Source: Candidatus Nanohaloarchaea archaeon (lineage in GTDB: Archaea > Nanohalarchaeota > Nanosalinia > Nanosalinales > Nanosalinaceae). Taken from it: a stretch of 49,480 nucleotides of DNA. The stretch is taken from positions 1 to 49,480 of the forward strand of contig JBEQBC010000004.1 in NCBI GenBank assembly GCA_041640035.1, written 5' to 3'. The first letter of the stretch is position 1; every line of letters starts with the position of its first letter. Below the pieces are notes generated by a model. That model was not told the origin of the DNA, searched no databases, and saw only the letters and a program-made list of their open reading frames with translations. Position numbers and translations under genes: made by a program. Shown here piece after piece: positions 17,823-27,560 of this stretch.

Positions 17823-18809
17823 ATGAGTGCGATGGAATGCAGTGAATGTGGGCATGAATTCCCCTCGAAGAAGGCACTGAAAGCACATGTATCAGCAAAA
17901 CACCCTGATATGAATCCGAACAAGGTCGGAGAACAGCAGGAGGAAAGCGAGAGCGGTGCTGAAGAGGAAGGAAATCCGTGGTCTGAGTTCAATGATGACT
18001 CTGAATCGGACACTGATGAAGACGGGGAAGAGTTTACTGCAGGGCAGAAAGACGAGTACATCAGAACCGGTGTTAGCGGTCTCGACCATCTTTTCGGAGA
18101 CGGAATCAGGAAAGAGAATGTAGTACTTGTCGCAGGAAATCCTGGTTCGGGTAAGTCAATATTCAATCTTCAAATGGCCAATCATGCCGCGAGAAACGGT
18201 GAAAAAGTTCTTTTCATGAGCTTTGAGGAATCACCTGACGCTCTTATCAGCCATATGGAAGATTTCGGTTGGGATGGACAGAAACATGTTGATGAAGGAA
18301 ATATCGTAATCGAAACATATGATCCCTTCGATGTATCTCGTACCGTCGAAGCATTATTCAAGAAACAGAGTGGAGAGCTTGAAATCGATACTAAGCCTTT
18401 GATGTTCGGAGATCTCGATGAAGATGTAAATTCATTCGATCGTGTTGTAGTTGACTCCTTATCCGCCATCTCAGCAGGTTTCTCAGAAAAATCGAAGAAC
18501 TACCGTCTTTATGTAAGAGAACTGTTCAACTTATTCGCTGAAGTCGGTGTTACCGCGTTTGTGATCGCTGAGTCCCAGACTATCCCTGATCAGATCACGG
18601 AATCAGGTCATGCAGAGTTCTTGGCTGACGGAGTACTTTTAATGTACAAACAGCAGAGCAGCCGTGGAATGCAGATCTACAAGATGCGTGGAACCAACTT
18701 CGAGGAGAAGATCGCACCTATGACAATAGAAGGTGGCGTAGGACTCAATGTAAGACATAAGGATTCGTTCTTCGGAAGCGGAAACGACGATTCAGGCGGA
18801 ATGTTCTAA
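17823..18809 (+). CDS. KaiC/RAD55-like single-domain ATPase with N-terminal C2H2 zinc finger
   Basis: CSECGHEFPSKKALKAHVSAKH; acidic linker; TGVSGLD, GNPGSGKS, SFEE, VVVDSLS, LADG, KMRGT. Start at ATG 17823 with TTTAAG about 25 nt upstream. Confidence 0.92.
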   Translation: MSAMECSECGHEFPSKKALKAHVSAKHPDMNPNKVGEQQEESESGAEEEGNPWSEFNDDSESDTDEDGEEFTAGQKDEYIRTGVSGLDHLFGDGIRKENVVLVAGNPGSGKSIFNLQMANHAARNGEKVLFMSFEESPDALISHMEDFGWDGQKHVDEGNIVIETYDPFDVSRTVEALFKKQSGELEIDTKPLMFGDLDEDVNSFDRVVVDSLSAISAGFSEKSKNYRLYVRELFNLFAEVGVTAFVIAESQTIPDQITESGHAEFLADGVLLMYKQQSSRGMQIYKMRGTNFEEKIAPMTIEGGVGLNVRHKDSFFGSGNDDSGGMF

Positions 18810-20119
18810 TTATCGTGAACTTCTCCCTTGTGAATATGCATACCGCGTTCCGTATCGAAAACATCTCCACATACAGGACACGCTACACCTTCATCTTCTG
18901 AACTTTCTTCTTCCGACTCATCCTCATCTTTGTGCTGCTGTGTCTCATGGATGTGAAGTCCTCTCTCAGTACCGAAGCTTTCACCGCACTCGTCACAGCT
19001 CCACTCGTCTTCATTCTCATCCTCCTCTTGTTCTGAAGGATCGAATACCTCAACTTCCTCATGTGTCTCCGATTCATTGCTTTCCTCATTATCTTCTTGA
19101 CTGGTTTCGTCTTCTTTCTCTTCACTCTCCTGATCCTTCTGAACTTCCTTATCTTTCTGCTCCTCTACAGGTTCTTCGCTCCTTTTTTCTTCCTGCTTCT
19201 TCTCTGGCTCTTCTTCTTCCTTGGGTTCTTCTTCTATCTGTGTATCTATTTCTTCTTCCTCATCTACCGTTGTGTCAAAGAGCAGTGAGCGGCGTTGCTG
19301 TATCTTCCTGTTGATTAACTCTATGTCTTCGACAACATCTCTTCTCATCTCCTCAAACCTGTCAAGTTTCGTTTCGAACTGGATTGAAGAACCCTCTTTA
19401 CGCATGTAATACTCCTTCTGTATATCTGTGATCAGTTCTTCTAGAACATGCTCCTTAATCCGTTTCCTCTTCTTCCTCTTCAGCAACCTGTAAGTATTGA
19501 ATTCTTTGAAAATTAATGTAGCGACTAGAAGACCTAGGAGGGTGCTTGAAATAACTTTCAAGGTATTTGATCTTACATAATTAACTGCAGCATCTATTCT
19601 AGCGGTTAATGCCTCTTGCTGGGCTGCTGCAAAGCTCTGTATCTGTGTTCTTGCAGACTGTGCTTCTGATATTGAGCTGTAACCTTCTTCTACATGTGCG
19701 TCTGCTTCCTCAAATCTCTGGCTCTCAAAGTCAACCTCTGCGGCCTCAAGCTCCTGCTTGGCTGAAGTAAGGTTTACACTGGTATCTTCTAGTTCCTGTA
19801 TACGCATGCTTAATGCCTCAATACGGTCTGAAGCCCTAATAGCTCTCTGCTGTATCGTCGATATCTGTTCTGTAAGCTCGATGGCTCTCGAGTAATCTGC
19901 TGTACCTCCTTCTTCAGCAAAGTTTTTCTGAGCTAGGTACGAGTTGTTCGCTGTTTCCAGCAAGTTTTCAACTCTTTCAGTAGGAATACCTTCTTCCTGC
20001 ATTAGGTCAACCTCTTGCTGTGCGTCCTGGATTGCAGAACTGGTTTCGTTCGCGGATTGAGCTGAAGCAGCTCCTGTGAATACTACTATCAGTGCTATGA
20101 AAGCTGTTATTTTTCTCAT
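18806..20119 (-). CDS. Single-pass membrane protein with helical ectodomain, coiled coil, acidic linker and two C2H2 zinc fingers
   Basis: Signal-like N-terminus, TM VISSTLLGLLVATLIF followed by a basic stretch, CDECGESFGTERGLHIHETQQH and CPVCGDVFDTERGMHIHKGEVH; SD GGAGGT and ATGA overlap with the giant gene. Confidence 0.88.
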   Translation of the reverse strand: MRKITAFIALIVVFTGAASAQSANETSSAIQDAQQEVDLMQEEGIPTERVENLLETANNSYLAQKNFAEEGGTADYSRAIELTEQISTIQQRAIRASDRIEALSMRIQELEDTSVNLTSAKQELEAAEVDFESQRFEEADAHVEEGYSSISEAQSARTQIQSFAAAQQEALTARIDAAVNYVRSNTLKVISSTLLGLLVATLIFKEFNTYRLLKRKKRKRIKEHVLEELITDIQKEYYMRKEGSSIQFETKLDRFEEMRRDVVEDIELINRKIQQRRSLLFDTTVDEEEEIDTQIEEEPKEEEEPEKKQEEKRSEEPVEEQKDKEVQKDQESEEKEDETSQEDNEESNESETHEEVEVFDPSEQEEDENEDEWSCDECGESFGTERGLHIHETQQHKDEDESEEESSEDEGVACPVCGDVFDTERGMHIHKGEVHDN

Positions 20120-23100
20120 TCTGTTTTACCTCCGCTTGAAACTAATGGTATTTTCTCCATGATTCTTCCTGCAAGGCTCTGTGATCTTACCTGTGCCTTA
20201 GCATCAATCTCTGCTATTTCTCCCTCGATCTCTGAGAGTCTCTCAGTAAGTTCCTGTACTTTCTCCTGGTAGATCTCGTCGTCGCTGATGTTTCCTTCAA
20301 GGTAGTCTCTCTGTGTTTCTTCAATCAGGTTTCTGAGCTGGTCTCTTTCCTGGGCAAGGCTGTCGCGCCGCTTGAAGTTCGTGATATTTGCCTTCTCTGT
20401 TTCCAGCTCTACTCTTTCCTCGATTATCTGCACTATTTGCTCGTTGTAATCGTCTACGCTGTCTTCATATTCGGAGAGCGAGATATCTTTCTCTTCGAAT
20501 GCTTTCTTCTGTTTCTGGATCTTAAGATCTTCTATACTTTTCTCCTCAGATTCAAGATCTCTCAGTCTCTTTCTGATCTTGTAAAGTCTGTATCTCAGCT
20601 TCGCAGCGAAGGCGACGATCGAGAATATTATTATCGCAGCAAGTATCTTTTTCCAGTTAGATCTTATCTCGTAAACCCAGTTAACTTCTCCTGCAGTTTG
20701 AAGCTGGTATGTGCTCTCTGCTTCTTCAAGTCGGTCGGCTGCGGTGGTGTAAGCTCCTCTGTCAAGTGCTGCTTCTGCCAAGCTTGCAATCTGCCGGGTT
20801 CGACCGACTGAAAGTCCTGATGCCTCTGCTGATTTTATCTGTTTTTCAAGTTCTCTGAGCCCATCTCTTGTATCCTGCGCTGTCTGGTAGCTGCTCTGCA
20901 ATTCCTCGTAGTTCTCTCTAACGGAAGCATAGTCTCCTGACTCAAGGTTATTTTCTGCTTCGCTGACCAGGCTTTGAAGATCTGCTGTTGAGAGATTTTC
21001 GTTTCTCATATCTTGGATAAGCTGTTCGGACTGGTTGAGAAGTTCTGAGGCGTTATCTTTTGGAATAGCTCTTACTCCTAGAGAGATATCTTTGTTGAGT
21101 GTGAATCCGAAGTAGTCTGCGTAAGGTCCTTCTCCGTCGATTCCTTTCCCTGTTATGTTGAAATTAAGGTCGTAGTCCCCGGTTTGGAAGTACTCAGGTG
21201 CCGTTATCTGAACTGTGATGTTCTTGGACTCGTTGATGTTCACTCTTCCAAGATCGGGGTTAGCTAACCTGAGGTACTGGCTTTGAATTCCTTCAACATT
21301 TGCCGTGATGTTTGTCAGGTTGAAACTGGTTGGGTTCTGGAAACGGACTGTAAAGTTCTGATCCTGTCCTCTGACAATCTCAAAACTCTCTGAAGTATTG
21401 AATATCTGGTCTGAACGCTGCTCAACTTGCTCACTTGAAGTCGGACCTGAACCACCTCCTCCTGCAAATCCGCCTCCTCCGTCTTCCTCTATTACTCTGG
21501 TGTTGTTCTCTGCTTTCTCGACTACCTCGACTTCGAAGGTTTCGTTGAACGATCTTTCCTTCTCTACAGCCTCAACGAAGACGGTCTTTGTACCTGTTGA
21601 AGCATTTGCAGGTATGTCTACGACTGTGCGGTTTGTCTTTGAGGATCCTGCAGATATATTGCCGATACTGTAACTGTTTCTGGAGACTGTCCATTCCTCT
21701 GGGAAGCTGTATTCTACCTCTGTAAGGTTAGAGTATTTGGTTCCGATGTTCTCTATCTTGGTTGAGAAAACTACATCTTCATCTTCCTGTGTTACCGCTC
21801 CTGGGAAGCTTACTCCTTCACTTATCTGCAGGAATGGTCCGTCCTGAATGAATCTGGCTAGGCCGCTGATCTCATCATACCCTGGCTCTGGAACAGGATC
21901 TCCCGAATTGGTTTTTGAGGAAGTCAAGTTCAGATTAAATGTACTCGTCAGACCATTCGAAAGATCGTTGTCGTTGAGACTTGCTGTAGCCTTAATACCT
22001 TCCTTTTCGCCAGGTGCAACTGTTACGCTGGAAGTGTTGAAGTCTATATTAAGATTGTCTGAACCTTTGTCTGCTACGCTGATACTGTAGTCAATGTCTG
22101 TATCTCCGTTGTTTTCTATCACTATATCTCTGAACTCTATACTGTTGCTTTCTAATGTACTCCGTTTACTGCTTCCGATGCTCAGAGGAGTTACGAACCA
22201 GTTGCTGTCTACTGCTACTAGCTGTGTGCGGTTGACGGTCTTCTGATTTCCTGCCGAGTCTTCAGCCAGTACTCTGAACTCGTATGTTGCTTCTTCGGTT
22301 GGTGTAAAGCTCCCCTGGTATTTTCCTAGATCTTTAGTCATGTCTTTCGCGTTCCAGGTGTTCGATGTGTTCTTACGGTACTGGAGGTCTACATTCGTGA
22401 CTCCGACATTATCTACTGCTGAAGCGTTCACATCTATAGGATTATCGGGATCGAAGTTTGCCTGACTGTTCGGATCTACACTGAAACCGGAAATAACAGG
22501 TGGTTCGATATCCTCAACACTGACTGAATCACTGTACTTTTCGAGGTTTCCAAGATGATCGAAAGCATAGACTGTGTAATCAAGAGTTCCGGCACTGATA
22601 TTCTCTGCTTTGATAGTTTTGTTAGCCCAGTCCCCGTTCTCCAGATTTACTGTCTTGTTGGTATCCGTCTGACTATCGTATATAACCACTTTATCCATGT
22701 AGAAGTTGTCGCTCCACTTGGAGTAGATAGTCACATTATCATTCTGTTCAAGAGTTGTTTCTGTGCTATTGCTTATGTTCAAACCATTACTGCTTTTTGA
22801 TGGACTCGTGATGTCAACTAGGAAGCTTTCAGTCTCTGAGATATTATCGCTTACTGTATTAGAGGTGTAAAGATCTCTAGCAGTTATATTCCATGTGTAT
22901 TCTCCATCTGAAAGTGTTTTCGATATGCTTTTCGAAGCTATACTATCATCGTTCACCACTCTACCATCTTGATCGTAGATATCAAGATCGTACTCTAATG
23001 TGTCTCCGTCGGCGTCGCTTGCGTTCCAGAAGAGGCTTACAGCGTCCTGAGTCAGGTTTTTGTCTATAGGTCTGTAGAGATCAATATTAGGAACTTCGTT

Positions 23101-26100
23101 CGGAACAGTATTGGAGACTGAAGTTGTAGCTGTCTCACTGTTATCGTCACTGAAATCTACACCTATATTTATATCTTCAAGAGGCTCCATCCAGTAATCA
23201 TCAGGATCAAAGGTCTGAGTACATTTAACCTCGCTTGCGTTACCATAGCCTGTATTCGGAGCTGGAGTTTCTTGAGCTGAATTGGAGTTGCTGTCGGAGA
23301 CAGTGAATGTGCAGGAAATGATATCTGAGTCGCTGTTTATATCTGCGGCAACTGCAGAGACTGTGAATTTATGGTCTGAATTGTTCTCAACGGTTGCCTG
23401 TTCGCTGATGTACGGAGCAGAGTTCTGAATAGTCTCGGTTGTATCGACAAGCTTGTAGCTGCTGGTTTTTCCGTATATATCTTCTGCCTGTACGCTCACT
23501 TCCCATTCCTCGCCTTCTGATGTGGAATCGGGTTCGACGGTTCTACTGGTTATTATGCTGCTCTCTCCTACTACTTTCCATTCATAGTTTGCCGAGATGT
23601 TGTCTCCCTCTGGGTCAGAGAGATCGTAGGTCACATTCAGTCTTTCATCGGTTTCAGGACTCGTAGGTGTAATCTGGATATTGCTTACTGAAGGCGCTTT
23701 GTTTGGTATGCTGTGAGATTCAGTGGGTGTTGAGATTGTGGAGCTGCCATCACTGATTTCCATGTAGATATTAAGGCTTTCACCGACTTCAAATCCTTCT
23801 ATACTATTATCTATACCGTTATATGTGATATTTACTTTCTTCGAGTCTATTTGTTGGATATCTGCACTGTATTCTTTGCTTGTTTCTCCGTCAGAAATAT
23901 GCAAAGTGGCTGTTGTTATGTCGTCCCAACCGTCATCGTCTCTAGCCACTGTCCAGAGATCAAAACTATGGCTGGTTTCTGAATCGCTGAACTGTAATCC
24001 TTTGACTATCTCTGGAGTTGCTTCACTCGTAGTAAAAGAACCTGTTAGACTATTCGTTTCAAAACCGTCTCCTGCAATTACAGTCCAGTTATAGGAAGTG
24101 TCTTCCACAACATCGAAATCGCTCGAGTTCCAGTAATCTCCGGAAGTGGAAGAAGATATATTTTCTTCGTTGATTTTCTTTGTACCGCTGCTTTCGTCCC
24201 AAACTGTGAATTCTGCCCATTCGACTGTGTTCGTGGAGTCTGTTATATCTGCGAAAATATCTGTACTGCTTGTACCTGTTAATTCATTAGGTGGCTCTGA
24301 TGATCCTGCATTGTTTATGGATGGTTCTTGGTTCATCGTGAAGCTTTTAGCCGTGGTTCTAGGGCTGCATCCGTATGGATCACATGCTTTGAGCTCTAGG
24401 TTGTATGTTTCTCCGTCAAGTAGTTCTACATTCTGTCCGAGGTTCATGCTGCTTCCTTCAGACTTGTTGAGAGTATTATCTAGGTTAGACGGATCTGATG
24501 AGGTTCCTACATAGGCCTGTATCTCGATATCGTCACCCTCGTCATCAGAGGGATTGTTCCAGTTTATCGAGAACTGATGATCTACCACATTGTTGCTATC
24601 GCCTACATCTAGAGTGACTCCCGAAGGAGCGCTTGGTACGCGGTTAGGTATAGTCTCTGATTGGATCGTGCTGTTAACCTTTGCTCTGTATTCGTCTGTG
24701 ATCTCTACTTTGGTGTTTATCTCTTCGTTGACCTTGAAGCCAGATATCTGGGAACCTATATCGTTGAATGTACATTCTGCGGTTCCTGTATCTACGGGTG
24801 TTATGGTTCTGGTGATGGAGTTGCCGTCTCCATCGCTTATGTAGGCTGTACAATGTCCGTTTGTCAGGTCTTCTATGCTGTCTCCGGGGTTGAAATCTGC
24901 TGTAACACTGAAATCATGGCTGTCGCTAGAGGGATTTGAGTCTATTTGGGCGAAGGTTGGAGGGTTGTTTGGTATTTCGAATGTTGTACTTGTACTTTCT
25001 ACTTCTGTACCTGTTATATCTGTGAAACGGGAGAAAACTGTTATGGATTCTCCAACCTCGAAGCCGCCGATACTGTCGTCGATTTCATCTGAACAACTTA
25101 CTTGGTTGTCTGTAGCTCCATAGTTTATGCTAGGATTTAGTGTTTCAGTATTTCCATCTGTATCTTCGGCCACGATACTACATGTTTCGAAGTCTCCTTC
25201 TCCATCTTGATCGCTGGCTTCGCTTGTGAAGGTGACGCTGTGTGAGTTCGATGAGATCTCTTCGTCCACACTATCTATAACCGGTTCGTTGTTCGGGAGG
25301 GTGTTGGTTTTGTTGTCTGTGTTTACAGTTATTCCGTTCTCTCCTTCGAACTTGATTCTGAAGTCTACTACATCTGAAGGTGTAAGAACTCCCTGTTTTT
25401 CGTAGCCTACTCCTTCAAGGCCCGTGTCTATAGTTGAGTTACATGAGGCTTGATCTGAGTCTCCGAAAGTGGTCGTAGGAGTTACATCAGTTGCTTTACT
25501 CCAGCCTAATCCCTTGGGCCTGTAATATACTTCACAGTTTGAGACTTTGTCGTCGCCACCGCTGTGAGTTGCAAAGGCAGAAATATCGAAGGAGTGTCCC
25601 GTTGAACTATTCTCTGCGCTTAGTTCTCCATCTATCTCCATGCCCGGCTGGTAGTTTAGGTTAGCAGAGTTAATCCGCCATGGTGTCTGTAGATCTGTGC
25701 TCGAGGAATTGAATTCGATTTTTGCACGGGCTGAAGCGTCCAGCTTTACATTGTAATTATTGTTTCCTTCTGTCAGGTCGATTACCTGTCTGTCTACTAT
25801 GTTGTCTGAGCTGTCTAGAGCTTTTAGAGTGGCATCAAGATCCATATCTGTTGGAATGCTTGTGGTATCTACATCCAGGCTGTTCCATGACTGTATCTGG
25901 CTGCTTCCGCTGTTTATTATCTCAGAACTGTAGCGTGCAGAATCGTGATAAGTGGTTTTAGTCAGGTTCCAGTCATCGAAGCGGGCCTCAACAAGTTCTC
26001 CTGAACTATGTGAGGTTGAGATTATTCCTACATCCTGTATACTTTGTATCCCTGAAGGTGATGCGGAGTTTACTGTCGTCCATGTGTCCCCTCCGTCTGT

Positions 26101-26757
26101 GGAACATAATCCTGTTAACTGATTTCCATCTTTGACCATTCTTACCTTGACAGGTTCAGTGTAGCTTGTACAGGCTTCTTGGTTAGAGTCAAGGTATCCA
26201 TCTCCATTAGAGTCGTACTGGAAGCTGACGCCGTTTCCTGGTGTTGCAGTGATGACTGCATAGCCGGTGGCTGAGGCTGATGCTGTCATGTCGTTTTTCA
26301 CAGCGATACCGGATTTTGCCCAGTCGTTCACATTGTCTTGCTGATATGTTACGGTGAGTGTGGTCGTCCAGTCCCCTGATATATCTTCTCTATATACTGC
26401 ACCATATTCATCATCATCTGTCCATATGTCTGCACCGCCAGCGAATATCTCTAACTGTTCATTAGTTTCGTCAAAACTAGTTCCACTATCTTGGTCTTGG
26501 TCTGTGGTCAGCCATTTGGGATTTAGGGAGTTGTCGTTGAAGTTGTCGATTATCTTTTCTTTCTGTAGGAATAGGTTTCCGTTCTGTACTGTGGTGTTTT
26601 CTGTGGTTCCTTTGTTCCATTCTGTGTCTGTGCTTAACTGGTAATCGGATGCTGCTCCTGCAAAGCTTGTTAGAACTGTTATTGAGATTATTAAGGCTAT
26701 TTTGGCAATCTTTGTTCCTTTTGCTTCTGGCTGTTCTGTTTCTGTTACTGTCATCAC
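20116..26757 (-). CDS. Giant (2213 aa) cell-surface protein: ConA/DUF1349-like lectin domain, Ig/FN3/CARDB-like repeats, TM anchor, cytoplasmic coiled coil
   Basis: Signal peptide; GGADIW...GDW...WAKSGI lectin-like block; S/T/D/N-rich beta repeats; many NxS/T sequons; Gly linker; TM ILAAIIIFSIVAFAA. Confidence 0.88.
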   Translation of the reverse strand: MMTVTETEQPEAKGTKIAKIALIISITVLTSFAGAASDYQLSTDTEWNKGTTENTTVQNGNLFLQKEKIIDNFNDNSLNPKWLTTDQDQDSGTSFDETNEQLEIFAGGADIWTDDDEYGAVYREDISGDWTTTLTVTYQQDNVNDWAKSGIAVKNDMTASASATGYAVITATPGNGVSFQYDSNGDGYLDSNQEACTSYTEPVKVRMVKDGNQLTGLCSTDGGDTWTTVNSASPSGIQSIQDVGIISTSHSSGELVEARFDDWNLTKTTYHDSARYSSEIINSGSSQIQSWNSLDVDTTSIPTDMDLDATLKALDSSDNIVDRQVIDLTEGNNNYNVKLDASARAKIEFNSSSTDLQTPWRINSANLNYQPGMEIDGELSAENSSTGHSFDISAFATHSGGDDKVSNCEVYYRPKGLGWSKATDVTPTTTFGDSDQASCNSTIDTGLEGVGYEKQGVLTPSDVVDFRIKFEGENGITVNTDNKTNTLPNNEPVIDSVDEEISSNSHSVTFTSEASDQDGEGDFETCSIVAEDTDGNTETLNPSINYGATDNQVSCSDEIDDSIGGFEVGESITVFSRFTDITGTEVESTSTTFEIPNNPPTFAQIDSNPSSDSHDFSVTADFNPGDSIEDLTNGHCTAYISDGDGNSITRTITPVDTGTAECTFNDIGSQISGFKVNEEINTKVEITDEYRAKVNSTIQSETIPNRVPSAPSGVTLDVGDSNNVVDHQFSINWNNPSDDEGDDIEIQAYVGTSSDPSNLDNTLNKSEGSSMNLGQNVELLDGETYNLELKACDPYGCSPRTTAKSFTMNQEPSINNAGSSEPPNELTGTSSTDIFADITDSTNTVEWAEFTVWDESSGTKKINEENISSSTSGDYWNSSDFDVVEDTSYNWTVIAGDGFETNSLTGSFTTSEATPEIVKGLQFSDSETSHSFDLWTVARDDDGWDDITTATLHISDGETSKEYSADIQQIDSKKVNITYNGIDNSIEGFEVGESLNIYMEISDGSSTISTPTESHSIPNKAPSVSNIQITPTSPETDERLNVTYDLSDPEGDNISANYEWKVVGESSIITSRTVEPDSTSEGEEWEVSVQAEDIYGKTSSYKLVDTTETIQNSAPYISEQATVENNSDHKFTVSAVAADINSDSDIISCTFTVSDSNSNSAQETPAPNTGYGNASEVKCTQTFDPDDYWMEPLEDINIGVDFSDDNSETATTSVSNTVPNEVPNIDLYRPIDKNLTQDAVSLFWNASDADGDTLEYDLDIYDQDGRVVNDDSIASKSISKTLSDGEYTWNITARDLYTSNTVSDNISETESFLVDITSPSKSSNGLNISNSTETTLEQNDNVTIYSKWSDNFYMDKVVIYDSQTDTNKTVNLENGDWANKTIKAENISAGTLDYTVYAFDHLGNLEKYSDSVSVEDIEPPVISGFSVDPNSQANFDPDNPIDVNASAVDNVGVTNVDLQYRKNTSNTWNAKDMTKDLGKYQGSFTPTEEATYEFRVLAEDSAGNQKTVNRTQLVAVDSNWFVTPLSIGSSKRSTLESNSIEFRDIVIENNGDTDIDYSISVADKGSDNLNIDFNTSSVTVAPGEKEGIKATASLNDNDLSNGLTSTFNLNLTSSKTNSGDPVPEPGYDEISGLARFIQDGPFLQISEGVSFPGAVTQEDEDVVFSTKIENIGTKYSNLTEVEYSFPEEWTVSRNSYSIGNISAGSSKTNRTVVDIPANASTGTKTVFVEAVEKERSFNETFEVEVVEKAENNTRVIEEDGGGGFAGGGGSGPTSSEQVEQRSDQIFNTSESFEIVRGQDQNFTVRFQNPTSFNLTNITANVEGIQSQYLRLANPDLGRVNINESKNITVQITAPEYFQTGDYDLNFNITGKGIDGEGPYADYFGFTLNKDISLGVRAIPKDNASELLNQSEQLIQDMRNENLSTADLQSLVSEAENNLESGDYASVRENYEELQSSYQTAQDTRDGLRELEKQIKSAEASGLSVGRTRQIASLAEAALDRGAYTTAADRLEEAESTYQLQTAGEVNWVYEIRSNWKKILAAIIIFSIVAFAAKLRYRLYKIRKRLRDLESEEKSIEDLKIQKQKKAFEEKDISLSEYEDSVDDYNEQIVQIIEERVELETEKANITNFKRRDSLAQERDQLRNLIEETQRDYLEGNISDDEIYQEKVQELTERLSEIEGEIAEIDAKAQVRSQSLAGRIMEKIPLVSSGGKTE

Positions 26758-26872
26758 GCAGGTATACCGTGGAATTTGTTTTCTTCCATATTAAATGTTC
26801 CAGCAGTTGAATTTGTCGCGGTTCGAATTCCTTACTACATCTAATTTAAACCTGTACAACCAATTTTACTGT

Positions 26873-27559
26873 ATGTTTCCTGTAACAGTTTACAGCCACT
26901 GGATATGGTCAGCTCTTATTTTCATGGCTTTCCTGGCTGTTTACAGAAAATACCGGCAGAATCAAAATGAAATGCTCAAAAACTTCGCCATGTTCTTCCT
27001 AATCTGGTCTCTGCCGTTCTTCGGGCTTATGGCAACGATGTTCGCTGCCGGAATCTACTTCAACATGGAAATACTACTAAGCCTGGGTTATGTTGTACCT
27101 CATATATTTGCATTTATCTCTGTGGGCTATCTGTGGAAAGTTCAGAGCAGTATAAACTTCCCGAAGTACGAGAAGCTGTTCTGGGGATTCGTAGCCTACG
27201 GCGTAGGTATAGGCTTGTTCGGAATAATGAACTCGCCTGAAGTCACGGTGATGAATGGTGATCTCCAGTACAGTGCAACAGTTTTCAACCAGTTGATACC
27301 GGCGGGTATGACGATTTCAGGTCTGTTGATTTCCGGAAGCAGCTTTTACTCTGCTTACCTGACGAAAGGCGATACGAGGAAGAAGCTCAGCTTAATCGGA
27401 GTAGGAACGGTACTCTGCTTGATTGTTGCATCTATGCTACATAACTTCGGTTATGCGGTAGCAGGAGAGGTAACAAACATGGTTTGGATAGGGATTTTCC
27501 TGGCTGTAGCTTACTGGCAAAATCTTCAGAACAGGATTCAATCTTTCAGAGGTAATTAA
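26873..27559 (+). CDS. Stand-alone 7TM membrane protein (HisKA_7TM-like sensor topology)
   Basis: Seven hydrophobic segments counted by eye and no cytoplasmic output domain. Start at ATG 26873 with TTTAAA about 22 nt upstream. Confidence 0.8.
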   Translation: MFPVTVYSHWIWSALIFMAFLAVYRKYRQNQNEMLKNFAMFFLIWSLPFFGLMATMFAAGIYFNMEILLSLGYVVPHIFAFISVGYLWKVQSSINFPKYEKLFWGFVAYGVGIGLFGIMNSPEVTVMNGDLQYSATVFNQLIPAGMTISGLLISGSSFYSAYLTKGDTRKKLSLIGVGTVLCLIVASMLHNFGYAVAGEVTNMVWIGIFLAVAYWQNLQNRIQSFRGN

Positions 27560-27560
27560 A

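Noticed and set aside
17823-18809. Circadian clock kaiC or radA/radB
   Set aside because: Single domain, no Ser-Thr phosphosites, no kaiA/kaiB; the motifs (SFEE, KMRG) are KaiC/RAD55-type rather than RadA.
18990-19270. Low-complexity TTC/TCT-rich tract as tandem repeat or CRISPR
   Set aside because: It encodes a Glu-rich linker; no fixed repeat-spacer periodicity.
26873-27559. Microbial rhodopsin
   Set aside because: No retinal-binding Lys (DxxxK) in TM7 and no RYxDW-like helix C motif.
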